Source: Takakia lepidozioides (lineage: Eukaryota; Plantae; Bryophyta). Taken from it: 64,000 bases of DNA. Below the pieces are notes generated by a model. The model was not told where the DNA came from. It saw nothing but the letters and a program-made list of their open reading frames with translations, and searched no databases. Positions 23,725 through 36,496 of this stretch are shown piece after piece (position 1 is the first letter of the stretch; every line of letters starts with the position of its first letter). Both the position numbers and the translations under genes were made by a program. The stretch lies in the NCBI GenBank assembly GCA_030704615.1, contig CM060733.1, forward strand, positions 12,896,001 through 12,960,000, written 5' to 3'.

Positions 23725-24335
23725 CTAATCATGCTGAAGTCGGGGAGTTATGATTATTGGCGAATTGTGACCAATATAGAGGACAAAACTGAAGACAGCG
23801 TCCCAAATGCATACTTCTCGGCCTTCACTAATGAACTCACCTATTCTATACCCGGATAGAAAGCCAGAAGCAAAATTTGCGGGAGCTAAGTTCCTCTTGC
23901 CTCAAACGTATGCCCACCTTATTGTTTTACTATGAATAAAGGACGGCTAGGCAAGTGTAGTGTTGTTTGCCTGATACGTTGCACGGATTAAACAGTTACA
24001 TATTCGTCTCGCACTCTGCTAATCATGCTGAAGTCGGGGAGTTATGATTATTGGCGAATTGTGACCAATATAGAGGACAAAACTGAAGACAGCGTCCCAA
24101 ATGCATACTTCTCGGCCTTCACTAATGAACTCACCTTTCAAATTAGCAAGTTTTGAAGAATTCTATACCCGGATAGAAAGCCAGAAGCAAAATTTGCGGG
24201 AGCTAAGTTCCTCTTGCCTCAAACGTATGCCCACCTTATTGTTTTACTATGAATAAAGGACGGCTAGGCAAGTGTAGTGTTGTTTGCCTGATACGTTGCA
24301 CGGATTAAACAGTTACATATTCGTCTCGCACTCTG
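23725..24335. repeat. Near-identical tandem duplication (294 bp + 317 bp)
   Basis: 23725-24018 is repeated at 24019-24335. The second copy has a ~23-bp insertion at ~24137. Confidence 0.9.
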
Positions 24336-24944
24336 CTTCTCCGCGAGTCGCCTTACATGTTACATCTGTTGAGAGACATCGTTTCCTGGCAGTTTCAACC
24401 AGGAGAGAAGTGTGCTGTTCCATTGGAAATTGAAGCAGATGTCGAGAAAGTTTGTTTGAGCGGTTCCCTACCTGTATGTGTGGATATCTCCTCTCTTCCA
24501 TCCAAACTCCAAGGTTCGAAATCCGGGTGACGGACTCGAGGACACTCTTTTGTATTTGCAGTTCTTATGTTCTCAGCGATGGAGATTGTCTAGAGTTCGC
24601 CGATTTAGTCTGCTTGTTGTGTATGGCATGTCGCTGAAATCATCATCGTCATTGCATACTGACACTCAACATTGTGTTTCTAAGACACTATTTTTCCTTC
24701 ACTCTCCGTTTCTTTAGCTTGTATCAGTTTTCTCCCTTGCTCTTGTCTTATGTGTTCCTTCGTTTCCGCTATCTCCATACCATTTTATCTCTCTCCTTAC
24801 ATACTTGCGCTCTGTCGTCTCCCTTCGTTTCACAAATTCTTTCGAGACTGCTTCCTTGGCCCACGGATCCTCTTTCCTCTTCGTGCTCATACTTCGAGTC
24901 GAGGGGGAGCCAGAGAGGGAGGGATGCAGAGTTTCTCGGGGCAA

Positions 24945-26030
24945 ACTCCAACAGCAGCTGGAAGATCACTTCACACTAGAGCGTTAGGTCTGTCATGTGT
25001 GTCTGAAATTGCATCCGGTCCTTTGGAATTTCCAGCGGATGCAGCTCCATCTTACCCCGCTATTGCTGAGCGGACCTCTCTGTAGTGATGAGAGCGAGGC
25101 TGCAGAACGATCTGAGAGCGAGGATGTGACCAAAATTTCAGTGGAACGATCTGAGGGTGAGGAGGTCACTGAACCGACTGTGGAGCAATCTCCAACAGCA
25201 GCTGGAAGATCACTTCCCACTAGAACGTTAGGTCTGTCATGCGTGTCTGAAATTGCGTCCGGTTCTTTGGAATTTCCAGCAGATGCAGCGCCGTCTTGCC
25301 CCGCTGTTGCTGAGCGGGCCCTCTCTGCAGTGCTGGAGAGCGAGGCGGCAGTGGAACGATCTGAGAGCGAGGATGTCACCAAATTTCCAGTGGAACGATC
25401 TGAGGGTGAGAAGGTCACTGAAGCGACTGTGGAGCAATGTCCAACAGCAGGTGGAAGATCACTTCCCACTAGAACGTTAGGTCTGTCATGCGTGTCTGGA
25501 ATTCCGTCCGGTTCTTTGGAATTTCCAGCAGATGCGGCTCCGTCTTGCCCCGCTGTTGCTGAGCGGGCCCTCTCTGCAGTGCTGGGGAGAGAGGCTGCAG
25601 TGGAACGATCTGAGAGCGAGGATGTGACCAGAATTTCAGTGGAACGATCTGAGGGTGAGTAGGTCACTGAAGCGACTGTGGAGCAATCTCCAACAGCAGC
25701 TGGAAGATCACTTCCCACTAGAACGTGAGGTCTGTCATGCGTGTCTGAAATTGCGTCCGCTCCTTTGGAATTTCCAGCAAATACAGCTCCGTCTTGCCGC
25801 TGTTGCTGAGCGGGCCCTCTCTGCAGTGCTGGAGAGCCAGGCGGCAGTGGAACGATCGGAGAGCGATCTGCTAGCGGTTCAGATGTCTGAAATTGCCTCC
25901 GGTTTTTGGGAATTTCCCGCAGGTGCAGCTCCGTCTTGCCCCGCTGTTGCTGAGCGGGCCCTCTCTGCAGTGCTGGAGCGCGAGGCGACAGTGGAACGAT
26001 CTGAGGGTGAGGAGGTCACTGAACTGACTC
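24945..26030. repeat. 249-bp tandem repeat (~4.3 units; 83-codon period, open on both strands)
   Basis: CCAACAGCAG starts at 24948, 25192, 25441 and 25690. ORFs 24993-25718(-) and 24997-25662(+) show 83-aa repeats. Internal GTGGAACGATCTGAG sub-repeats. Confidence 0.9.
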
Positions 26031-29000
26031 GCCCTATAAGAGAGTTCGTTCTTCATGTCATTTGCCTTCTCCTTCCCATGTCCGTTCGACCCTTCGCAGT
26101 ACAGTATCCTTGAGAGTGTCACTACAGCCAGTGTGTTAAGCTAGAGTGGCTGTGCTGGAATAAATACCTGGCGTTCCAGTATGCAGGCAACGACAGCCAT
26201 TAATCTGCATTTAATTTTATGTGATGCTCTCAAAAGAATAATCAAATCAGCTCAATATGAATGGTGACTTTATTGGGAGCTGAGGGTTTCTTGTTTGCTT
26301 GCTCTGTGTTCCACATTGTTCTAAGGTTAAGCTTGCCTGTTTCCCGTAATCTCGACCATTTTCCAGTCTAGTGATTCTCTGTTGAGATTTCGGTTCTTGG
26401 CATTTTTACTGGTATGAATCACAGTGTTGTTGGCTAATATCTCCTTGTATTTTGTTCCTGGGTGTTAGCATTTTTGGACTCTGATAGACATCACCACAGA
26501 TTACAGAAATGAATGGGTGCCCTCTACAATATGTTCATGGGTTCAAGGAGAAAAAGAAGGAGAAGAAGAAGAGGGACTCAGTCTTAAATACACAGGACTG
26601 TATTTTGCCACTAGCAAAAATGGTTTTCCTGTAGGTTCTGTTACCTAGAAAGACAACCATCCACATACCCAGTTGGTCTGGTTGGTTGGCTCTGTGATTG
26701 CAGATTGGGTTGACTGCTTCTAGTGACCTGCACCATAGGCATGTGTGGAACCACCTACATTGCCCTAGTCACTGGGCACATGCCGCATGGCATATTTCAG
26801 GTCAGGGTTTGTATCCCAAAGGGCCAACGCAGTCAAATGTATGTCATAGCCAACCTTTGCACGGAACTGCCAATGAGTACGTCTATCTTCTCTCACAGTG
26901 TAGACTTGCATGCAAATTAGGGGGAAGAGTGCATAGTGGCGTTGTAACTAATGGGATCATTGCTGAGAATCTGACAGAAAAGCTTCATTTCTCATGTACG
27001 AATTGCAGCTTGGGAGGAGCCATAGCTGTGCGATTAGTTGCAAAGAGATCTCTCCTTCATGCCTGAACAGGCCTGATTGTGGTTGATGTAGTTGAGGTTT
27101 GTGTCAATCTCTCTGTACCCCAAACTCCTGTTGTAATGACCTCTCCAGCAAGAATACTAACAACTGTAGAGCTGAAAATTAAGGGTACTGCTTCGTGTGT
27201 ATGTGAGAAAAGGAGATAGTTGTCTAGAGTCGACATGGGATCCTCTGTTCGCAGGGGACTGTATGGCATCACTGTTCCACATCCAACGAATTTTGTCAAA
27301 TTGACCACTTCATTTTCCATCAGTTGAAAATGCTGTAGGTTGCCAGAACTATTTTCTGACTTTGTCCTTTTAATGGACTAGTGACATAGATTTAGCCTCC
27401 TTCATGAGTGCAATTGGCTACACCAAGCTCTCCTTAAGGAGATATCCTAGAAGGGGTCCTAAAGACTGTGTGTGGGGAGTGGAGGTGTAGATCGAATGGA
27501 GTGTCAGAGGAGGTGGTGCATTAAGAAATATCGAATCTGCATGTGTTTCAGTTTGTTCTACTATGAAGTTTCAGGAAGATGAAAATTGGTACTACTCTGC
27601 ACTTCCCTTGTTGCCTGGCTTGTTGTTTCCAGTGACGTGGCTCATTTGTTAGTCTTTTGTGGATCTTTCGATCACTTTCTATCTGATGCAATTGTATGTT
27701 AATTGAGAACGCTCAGTGTCCACTAAACCCATCCTGCCGATTTATCTGCTTTCCATCCTCGTGAGCCAAAGCTAATCCTGTAGTTTGTGAGCACACTGCT
27801 CCTTGTGCACACCCATCAGTCAGCCCAGGCTAAAAACCCATGAATTGGCAAATGCTTTGGGACCTCATCAAGATTTCAGAGAGTACTTTGCAGTATCGGA
27901 GTCTTTTTCCTATTGTTCTACTTTGTCCCATGGGCCACGGGGGCATCTTATTTATGAAGTTTCTTTTGCTTTTGCTTTCAACAATTCATGCTCTCTAGGA
28001 GCTATCCTGTTCAATTATGTCCGGGCCTTTAAGTATTCTGAACATCCTGAAAGTTTGTTGATATCTCTGGCATGCAGGTTTTTAATGTCTGCTCCGGGTT
28101 CTCAACACAGATGGGCATGCCTGGAACCTGCCAGATCTCACAGGATTCTGGTTCTCACCATCCATACTTCCCTGTCTACAAGCAGAAAAGAGGAATAGCT
28201 AGGAGGTCTCCGCATCAAGTACCTGTCTATTCTGTTGGTTCCAGCTAAAAGAAGAAGCTTTGGGACTGGGCAGGAGCGGCCTGGGAAGTCACCTGGAATA
28301 TCAGCAGTGATGTTCCCTGTTCGGAAGAAAAGAAGTGAACCACCGAGTCTGCATTTGTACCATCTTCCAGTGAGTTGTGTTTCCCACAACAGCATGCATG
28401 CTGTATTCCAAGTCCTGCCTGTTCCTTGAAAATTTCCCCAATACACATTAAGCCCTACTGAAAAATAAGGTCCTCGGCTTTGGCAACTAGTCTGACTGCT
28501 TTACTGCACTTTGCTGCCCTTGAGCAATCATGTCAGCTATTTATAATGGCCCACTGATGGAACAGTGAGTCACTGACGTCTGGATTAACTTACTGAGCCC
28601 CCTTCAACAACTTTGTAGCTATATTTCTGCAGCAAGCATACTCAACAGAGTCTCATTTTCTGCTCTGCCTCTTGGTTAACAGCTACTATGCAATGCAGTG
28701 ACGGTGCAGTTATCTGTGGCTGACACCTTTGGACGAGTCAAGATCACTGGAGAGGCTGGTAAGTCAATCACACCTATACTTATACTGCTTATACTTGTCT
28801 TGTTGTGTTTTAAAAGGTACGGAATTTGCTCTGACTTAAATCTTGTGTGCTTTGAGTTCACGGATTGTATTCCAAAGGTTGAACAATGTTGTCCTTCTGG
28901 TTTACGTTATCAGAGAGTGGAAAGTTTTGAGTCCTGACTCAAACCATTATGAAGTGAATAAAGTTTCAACTTCTCAGATAAGTTGCTATGATTGATTTTA

Positions 29001-29270
29001 CCAATTTGTAATAATTGTCTTTTAGTTTGTTTGGCCAACCGAGGTCAGCATGGGAACATATGGTTGAGGGAATATGAGAAAAGATGGAACTCCAAACCAT
29101 GCAGATCTGTGCCTCATTTAGTAGTTTGTGCATCCTGTTGCAGATCGCTGATGATAGGACAGATTCATGGCGAGTTTCAAATGATTGTTGTGCATCATTG
29201 TTTCCATGCCATCCAAGTAGAGTCAGAATTGTGCTTGATCTAAACGTTATTAGTCCATAAAGAGAGATAG

Positions 29271-29309
29271 AGAGAGAATGTACTCGTAAGACATTGTTTG
29301 TTGTAGCCT
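29271..29309 (-). mobile_element. Short LINE 3'-end stub
   Basis: AGAGAGAATGTACTCGTAAGACATTGTTTGTTGTAGCC, flanked by AGATAGAGA on both sides. Confidence 0.65.
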
Positions 29310-29769
29310 AGATAGAGATAGGGCTTGTCCTAACCTGACAAGAAAAGGATCTGTCTATTCCAGACTAGATCAAAAATATCTAGAGAACAACAGCCTTCAA
29401 GGAGGCACCATCACATTTCCCCATTATCCAAGCTCTATATCCATAGGTGATTGGGGTGGGTGGTGGTGTGCATGTATATGATCAAACATGACATACATAC
29501 AGGTTTCCTCCATCTTAGTGGTTTTTCATGAATTGCTATATTGCACCACGATAGGGAGTCGGAGCTATCTCTGTTATGCAGATTGTTGGTATGTCAACCA
29601 ACATTGTGTTTGAATTTGTTTTCAAACAACACCTCTATCAAGTCTTTGCAAACTTGCAACATATATGGTTTTCAACATTGTCGAAGCCAACATGATTGGT
29701 ACCTCAGGAAAATAACACCTAGGAGATATGTAAGAGAAGTCTTTTTTTATGAGATGTGACTGTAGCTGT

Positions 29770-32189
29770 TGTTGCTTTCAAAAGTATTAAAGAGAGTTAT
29801 TCATGAGATGTTTGCTGTAGCTTTGCGGCCATACAGAACTATTAGACGATAATGTGGTATAGAGGATTGATTCCGGCTTCGTGTAGCAGCAACTTGAGGA
29901 GGCAAGCTATGCTTCTGAAGGTGAGGCCGCTCGAGAGCAAGAGGCGTCTGGGGAGTCGGAGCCCGAGGACCTTCCAAAGACTCCGTTGGACCAACAGATG
30001 CTTCTGATGTTGCCAGCTTTTTGGGAAGGCCTTTTGGCACAGTTTGGTGGGACCCTAACAGATGTGATGAGGGCCGCTAACGCCACTTCCACAAGCTATC
30101 GAAGCTATCGGAGGACTCCATTAGCCGCTTGCTAGAGGCGGTGGTTGCCCAAACTTGCAAGGTATGCAACTACACTTGCGAGCTGTATCAAGAAGTGGGA
30201 GCATTATGTTGTGGAAGCCGCTTAATGTTCATAAATGGGGAAATTTTCGGAACTAACGTTTCGTTGTTGGTGAACACAGGAGTGTCGCACTCTTCATGAC
30301 ACCGAAACAGCACGGAAGCTGGGGCTCCCGACAATTGACGTAGGGGCCTTTACTGAAGTGTGTTCTGCCAAAGGAGAGCCACAAAGGGTTACGAGGGTAG
30401 CGTGCAACGTTCCTCTTCGATTAGGGAGTTGGGAAGGGCGTGAGGACTTCACGATCTGCGAAGTTGACGGAGTTGACCTCATTTTGGGGATGATGTTTTT
30501 GAATAAATTCGGAGTGGTCATAGATGGCCGCAAGAGGTTGGTCATGCTGCCGTGTGGGAATGGTAGTGAAGTCTTAAGGTATCGAAAAAACCCAACCGAG
30601 TAAGAAGGTGAATGAATCTATGTTGCACTGTGACTATGTTGCTTTTGTCGGTTATCTCTGGGTCCCACGATTCATCATTTAGGGTTACGGCGAAAGAATG
30701 GACCGTGGAGGAATCACACGAGCTCGAGTTTTTGCTTTACGTGAGATAGATGGAAAGAGAAGTCGAACAGGAGCTGAGCCCGGATTGGGTCAACGGAATC
30801 ATGGAGAAATACTAGGATATGATGCCAGGAGATTTATCAAACGGCTTGTCACCGAGAAGAGGGGTCGACAACAAGATCGAAATGTTTCGGGAACAGAACC
30901 GCTTGCCAAGGCGCCCTATCGGTTGAGCCATAGAGATTTGGTGGAACTAAACGAACAGCTTAAAGACCTCCTAGCAAAAAGATACATCCGGCCAAGTAAG
31001 TCATTTTACGGAACCCCGTTGCTATTCGCAGATGAAAAAGATGGGACGTTGCGGATGTGTGTCGATTACAGGGCTCTTAACAAGGTGACTATAAAAAAAT
31101 CAGTACCCTTTGTCAAGGATTGATGATCTCATCGATCGGTTGGCAGACGCAAAGTATTTTAGTCGGATCGATTTACGTTTAAGTTACCATAAAATTCGGG
31201 TAGCGAAAGAAGATGAAGAGAAAACGACGTGCAGGACAAGGTATGATCGGTGATGCCATTTGGACTCACGCGCCAGCGACTTTCATAACCTTAATGAACA
31301 GTGTCTTTCAGGAATGGTTAGATGATTTTTTGATCGTGTACATCGACGATATCTTGGTGTATTCGAAAATAAAATAAGACCACCTGGAGCACTTCAAAAG
31401 ATGTTCCAAAAATTGCAGGAAAGAAAACTCTACGCCAAGGCTTCAAAGTGCAAATTCGGGGTCATAAAAGTAGAGTTCATAGGGCATGTGATTACGCAAG
31501 ATAGGATAAAAATGGAGGATAAAAGATGTATAGGAATCTCCAGCTTCGATCTCGAGAGTACGATCATTTATGGGACTCGCCTCACACTACCGAAAGTATG
31601 AAGGTGTTCACGGACAATGTTACGGTGAGGTATTTTACCACGTAATCTCAGTTGTTCCCAAAACAAATTAGGTGGCAAGATACTTTGGCATTGTTTGACA
31701 TGGATATCTAGTACAAGCTGGGACGAGATAATGTGGTGGTCGATGCTCTGAGTAGGAAGCAGCACCTCATGTTGGTGTACCAGGGTAAGATGGAATAGCA
31801 AAGGAAAATACGGAGGACTTATCGAAGGGACGAATTGTCGAAGTCCGTGATGCAGGACTTGAGGCTAGGGGCCAAGTTGTAGTTCCACCTGCACAATTGA
31901 TTGCTTCGCTACAAGCAAAAGCATTTTTATGTGCCGAAGGGAGGGCTAAGAAAAAATCTCTTGAGGGAATGTCGTGATGGTTCGCTTGCGGGTCACGGCG
32001 GGGCCAAGCGTACCGCGACACTCTTAAAGAATTAGTATTTCTAGCCCAAACTAAGGGAGGAGGCCGAGGAGTATGTCAAGACATGTATCACATCCCAACA
32101 AAACCGGAGCGAGTACAAAATTCAAGCGGGACTCTCACAACCTTTACCGATTCCAGAAGAACCTTGGGAGAGTGTCTCAATGGCTAATA
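29770..32189 (+). mobile_element. Degenerate Ty3/gypsy (chromovirus-like) pol: protease, RT, RNase H, start of integrase
   Basis: Protease remnant (LLVNTGVSH; DLILGM). [12 protein letters not shown]...[29 protein letters not shown] and [10 protein letters not shown] (~31335). RNase H end AGRDNVVVDALSRK (~31720). Integrase Zn finger and QPLPIPEEPWESVSM (~32140). Many frameshifts and stops. Confidence 0.92.
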
Positions 32190-33433
32190 TGTAGAATGCA
32201 TGATAGCTTACAAAAGTAAGGAAAGGTAAATTGAACAAGTCGTGTGTTTGCATAATGCCGAAATTGGGTGACTCCCATCTAATGGACAAGGAAGCTTGCG
32301 CCATCTTTGGGAGTTCATGTGCTGGTGCGCGCGTACTATAATCGCGCTACTGAAGGGTTGAATTGGAAGCCACACTTGGAAAGCATGCTCCACACATGCG
32401 CCACTTGCTTGGTCAACCACTTGCTTCACTAAGAGCAATCCAAGAACTCATAGAACTAGCAAAAACACTCCCTTCTAGCGCCGCCTTAGCTTGCTTGTTT
32501 GTCAACCAAATGAAACCCCACTTGGCTTCATTTCACCATGGATAGAACAACCACTTCTTAGCTCATTCTCTTGAGCTACTCAATGCTCCTCAAGGTACCC
32601 TTGTTGTATTCCTTCTATGGTGTTTCCAACCCAAGCATGTGCCGCTCTTTGGCTTCTCTTTCACATGATCATGAATAACTAGAGCTTGCTCTTGAAACCC
32701 TAGTGTTAATCTTCTCCGCACACAAGACGCTTCTCTTGTGATGCAAGAGCTCTTTTCCAAGCTCTCAAACCCTTAGTGCACATACAAATACTTACCATGC
32801 AAAACCATGCAAGCTTTGTGATACAAGAGCTCTCCCCTTAAGCTCTCCACCTCTGCAAAGTCTTGTGACTCAAGAGCTCTTTCCTTGAGCTCTCCACCTC
32901 TTTGATGCAATGCAAAACACTCTCCCTTGCAACACCTTGCAAGCCTTGTGAGATACTTGAGCTTTTCCTAGCTCTCTCACTCCTTGGTGTACACCAACAC
33001 AAGTACTAAACTAATCCTCCGCACTCACAAGCATAAGGTCATCTTCTTGTAGTGATAATGAGAAAGAACACGAAATGGAAACACTCCACTCATGAATCCA
33101 CTCAATCACATAAACTAAGTCAAGCCAAGGGCACATTTGCTAAATGAATCCATCCTACAAAGCCCTCACCACACTCCCTCTCAATACCTAAAGCTATGGA
33201 GATGGGAGAGGCTCATGGAGACTCAACTACAGGAAGATGAGTCTCCTCAACACTCACAAGGGGAAAAACCCATCCCCATGTCCCATCCTCATGTCCCAAG
33301 TGAGGCTTGACACCTCACTTGATATATGAGACCAAATGAAGTCCCAAAATACAAAATGCACATATAAATATCCAAAATGTCCTAGTTAACTAGAAGTAGG
33401 TAATTCTAGTTAACCATGACTAAAACCATGACA
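32190..33433 (-). mobile_element. LTR-like sequence (family shared with 40690-41672, 41700-42070 and 50935-51300)
   Basis: TG...CATGACA termini. Long similarity to 40690-41672, e.g. AAGTCAAGCCAA.GGCAC.TTTG.TAAATGA and GTCCCAAGTGAGG...CACCTCACTTG. Begins where the gypsy integrase breaks off. Confidence 0.65.
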
Positions 33434-33782
33434 TGTGTATGGTCAATTTTTGTGGATTGAATGCTGGTAGGTAGTTAGCCTCCGGTTAGTTCCAAGGGGT
33501 AGTAATTTTTTGGAGTGAAAAAATATACTTTGTAGGAAGTTAAGGATTAACTATACCCAATATTTATTTATTATCCTCCGGGTATCAATAAGAATTTTTA
33601 CTATTAAATTATAGGTTTCAGATTCCACTAGAGTAATATACACTTTTCTGAAAGATAAATATCAATATATAATAATATACCTTTTTCTTAGAGTATATTA
33701 TCCTATTGATATTTATCCCTTGGAACTAACGGGAGGCTAACCATCTACAAACATTCAATCCACAAAAAATGACTATACACAT
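33433..33782. mobile_element. MITE (~350 bp) with ~65-bp TIRs
   Basis: TGTGTATGGTCAATTTTTGTGGATTGAATG...TTAGCCTCCGGTTAGTTCCAAGGG mirrors CCCTTGGAACTAACGGGAGGCTAA...CATTCAATCCACAAAAAATGACTATACACA. AT-rich interior. Confidence 0.8.
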
Positions 33783-36039
33783 ACATACCTACCTGACCTC
33801 TACACAATCTCCTAAAATTTTAGGAATTTTCACTATTGAGTTTGAAAAATTATATATTTTTTTGGGAATTATAGGGCCCACCCCCGAAAAGGGGCAGTAG
33901 CCGTAAGGCGAAGTGGCTCTTAATTACGCCGGCTTTGGCCGGAGTCTTATATATATATATATATATAGGAAAAATATTATGGTTTTTTTTATTTTTGAAA
34001 AAACCTTTGTTTGCTTTGATCAAGCATGTTGAGGGTTTTTTGAATTTTTGAACAGTGCTACCCCGAATTTTCATAATGCATAGTACAAATGCAAAGTACA
34101 TGTCAAATTTCACATCAAACCAACATTTTACTGCATATGCTGCTTTGTATGTGTTTTGGTGAGGGTTGACATGTCCATATGTAGCAAACACATTCACGCC
34201 TAAAGCTTTCTTCCAAACCATGTCATCCCAAAAACAATAATTACAGAAATCCCTCCGGTGAGGGGCTGTCTTACAATACCCATAAGCAGCAGGAATTTTT
34301 TTAAGATGATCTATTGGAGAAAACCGAAATTCGGCTTGCACCGTTTTCGGGGTTACTATTCCATACATATACTTCTGTAGTGTCGGCGGGGGTCTCACAA
34401 ACAGCCAAGTCCTTTCTTGGTGAACCACCACCAAGTCCATCGACTCCCTGTGATAAGTGGTGGTGAGTCTTGGCCCACCCACCATGGCCCCAATGGACTG
34501 TGGTGAGCCCCAAGACTCCCCACGATTCCCACCACAAGGCCTCAGCCCCTTGGTGAGCCCTATGCACCTCCAAAGCTACCACCATCCCATATGGAGTTCC
34601 CCCACCGGACTCCACCTAGTGAGCGCCTCCGCCCCCTTGAGTGCCGAGGGCACTCAAGGATGCTTCAGCCCCCATTCCTACTGCTGTCACAGCCCCCACC
34701 ACAGGGGCAGCCTCTTTTATGTTCCGATCCTCCGCCCTCAAGGCAAAGGGCCACGACACACACCCCTACTAACAAGGAGTCGATGTCCTCATCGACTTGT
34801 CTTTTTTTTGCGAAACTAACATCCAAGTTGTGGCGTCCCACACCAAGGAGTTTGTTTCCGTGCCATGTCCATGACAAAAAACCAAACCCCCACTTGACTC
34901 TTATTCCCCACTAGCTAGTTCGGGCGACTTCCTCCAAGTCACGGCCAAAGATGGAGCTTCTCAAGCTCCTCCTAGTGTTTTTTTCTTGGCCCACTTTTTG
35001 GCCAAGGTACAATCCTCCCCAAGGATCGAATCGTCTTACCGCTTTTTGGCGTCACCTTGAGCAAGGGTTCGTCTTGAACCCCTTTGACTGAGAAGATAAC
35101 CTTGAACCAACCATGCGCCCTAATCACTACAATTGGGTCCGCTTTGGGTGCTGGCCTGAGATACATGAACACGCCGAAGTCGCACTAACAAGATTACACG
35201 ATTATAGTACATGAACAGAAACGCGAGCTTCCGCGTTAGCCCGCACTACAAGCTTAGGAGAGCTAGAAGGTGAAGTGAGCAAGTTCATTCCTTTTATATG
35301 AGGTGGTGTATGTTGTGGAAGAAAAACCAAGGAGCTACATAGGCTAGGGCTTGAAGACAACAAAAGCAACATCTTGGAGAGCATCAAGAAGCTCAAGATG
35401 ACTCTAAAGGGAAGCATGTGGGTGAGAATTCTATCCATGATGATGTTAAACCAAGCTTAGAGTATTGAAGAGTTTGGAGCATATGTGGGAGATCATTGGA
35501 GGTGGTCTTCATGAAGAAAGGAGATTTCCAGCTCAAGGTATGCATAGCAACTTCAACCATACATTAGCATGTGATAAAACAAGGAAGGGGAAGGTGAAGC
35601 TCATGTATTCATTCCCTTTTTGCTTAAGTTTTATGGTGGATGGTTGATCAAGCAAGTGATGCTTATGTGGAGCATGCTCTTTAGGACTTGTGATATCAAG
35701 TTTGAGAAGATGAGCTCTTGAACAGAGGCGTGGATACACATTATGGTGAATGAAGACAACACCTAGGTCAAGAGGTGGAAGTGTGTGTGACTAGCCCATG
35801 CAAGGGAAAACACATGGAAGATGGCATACAAAATTCAAATTGAAGCAAGGCTTGGCGCTTGTCATTGGGCACATTAGCTTGCTATGAGTTCCAAGGAGAT
35901 CAAGAGGAACTTGTCAATTTGTGATGAATGCATTGCAAGGTAAGACAATGCAATCTTGCATGCATGTTAGGGGATGATACCATAAAGAAGGTGTTTCTTA
36001 CGATACTCTACAAACCCTAGTCTCCATACCCTTCAAAAA

Positions 36040-36230
36040 ACTGTGTGTGGGCTCCCTCTGCCCAACATACACTTTTGTGAACAGTGTATGGGCCCCCTGT
36101 GCCCAACATACGTTTTTCTGAACAGTGTATGGGCTCCCTCTGCCTCCACCATACACTTTTTTGAATAGTGTATGGATACCAGTGGAGAGACTTTGCCTAC
36201 CATACGTTTACATTAAAAGTGTATGACATC
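36040..36230. repeat. ~40-bp tandem repeat (about 4 copies)
   Basis: Units like GAACAGTGTATGGGCTCCCTCTGCCCAACATACACTTTT. Confidence 0.7.
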
Positions 36231-36496
36231 TAGGGTCGGGATGCAGATGGGTTGAGTCGCATCCATGCACAAGCAAACATGATGATACTGGAGCTCGGTG
36301 GCATGGTGAGACGGATGATGAGATGGTGCCAGGATGGCATGCATCTGCCTCTTTGTGCATTATTCTAGCAATGGGAGCTCAAACTGGTCCATCCCATGTG
36401 ATTAGCATGGAGATAGTGTGCATGACAATCCAGAGATCAATGGGGAGCTTGGTGGTGCTAAGGATGTACATGAAGATGCATCAGTGTTGGCCTACC
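36231..36496 (+). mobile_element. Inverted gypsy RNase H C-terminus / integrase linker fragment
   Basis: Plus strand reads RDADGLSR (RNase H end motif), then after a frameshift PCTSKHDDTGARWHGETDDEMVPGWHASA, and later GGAKDVHEDASVLAY. Confidence 0.65.

Noticed and set aside
26480-28900. Possible spliced gene on the plus strand (scattered AG/GT signals, short ORFs)
   Set aside because: No coherent reading frame or recognisable domain could be assembled.
33871-33924. Canonical hammerhead ribozyme
   Set aside because: The required CUGANGA and GAAA/NUH core is not present.
33850-35200. ORFs of 104-211 aa
   Set aside because: They run through a TA microsatellite and low-complexity repeat-like sequence, with no domain motifs.
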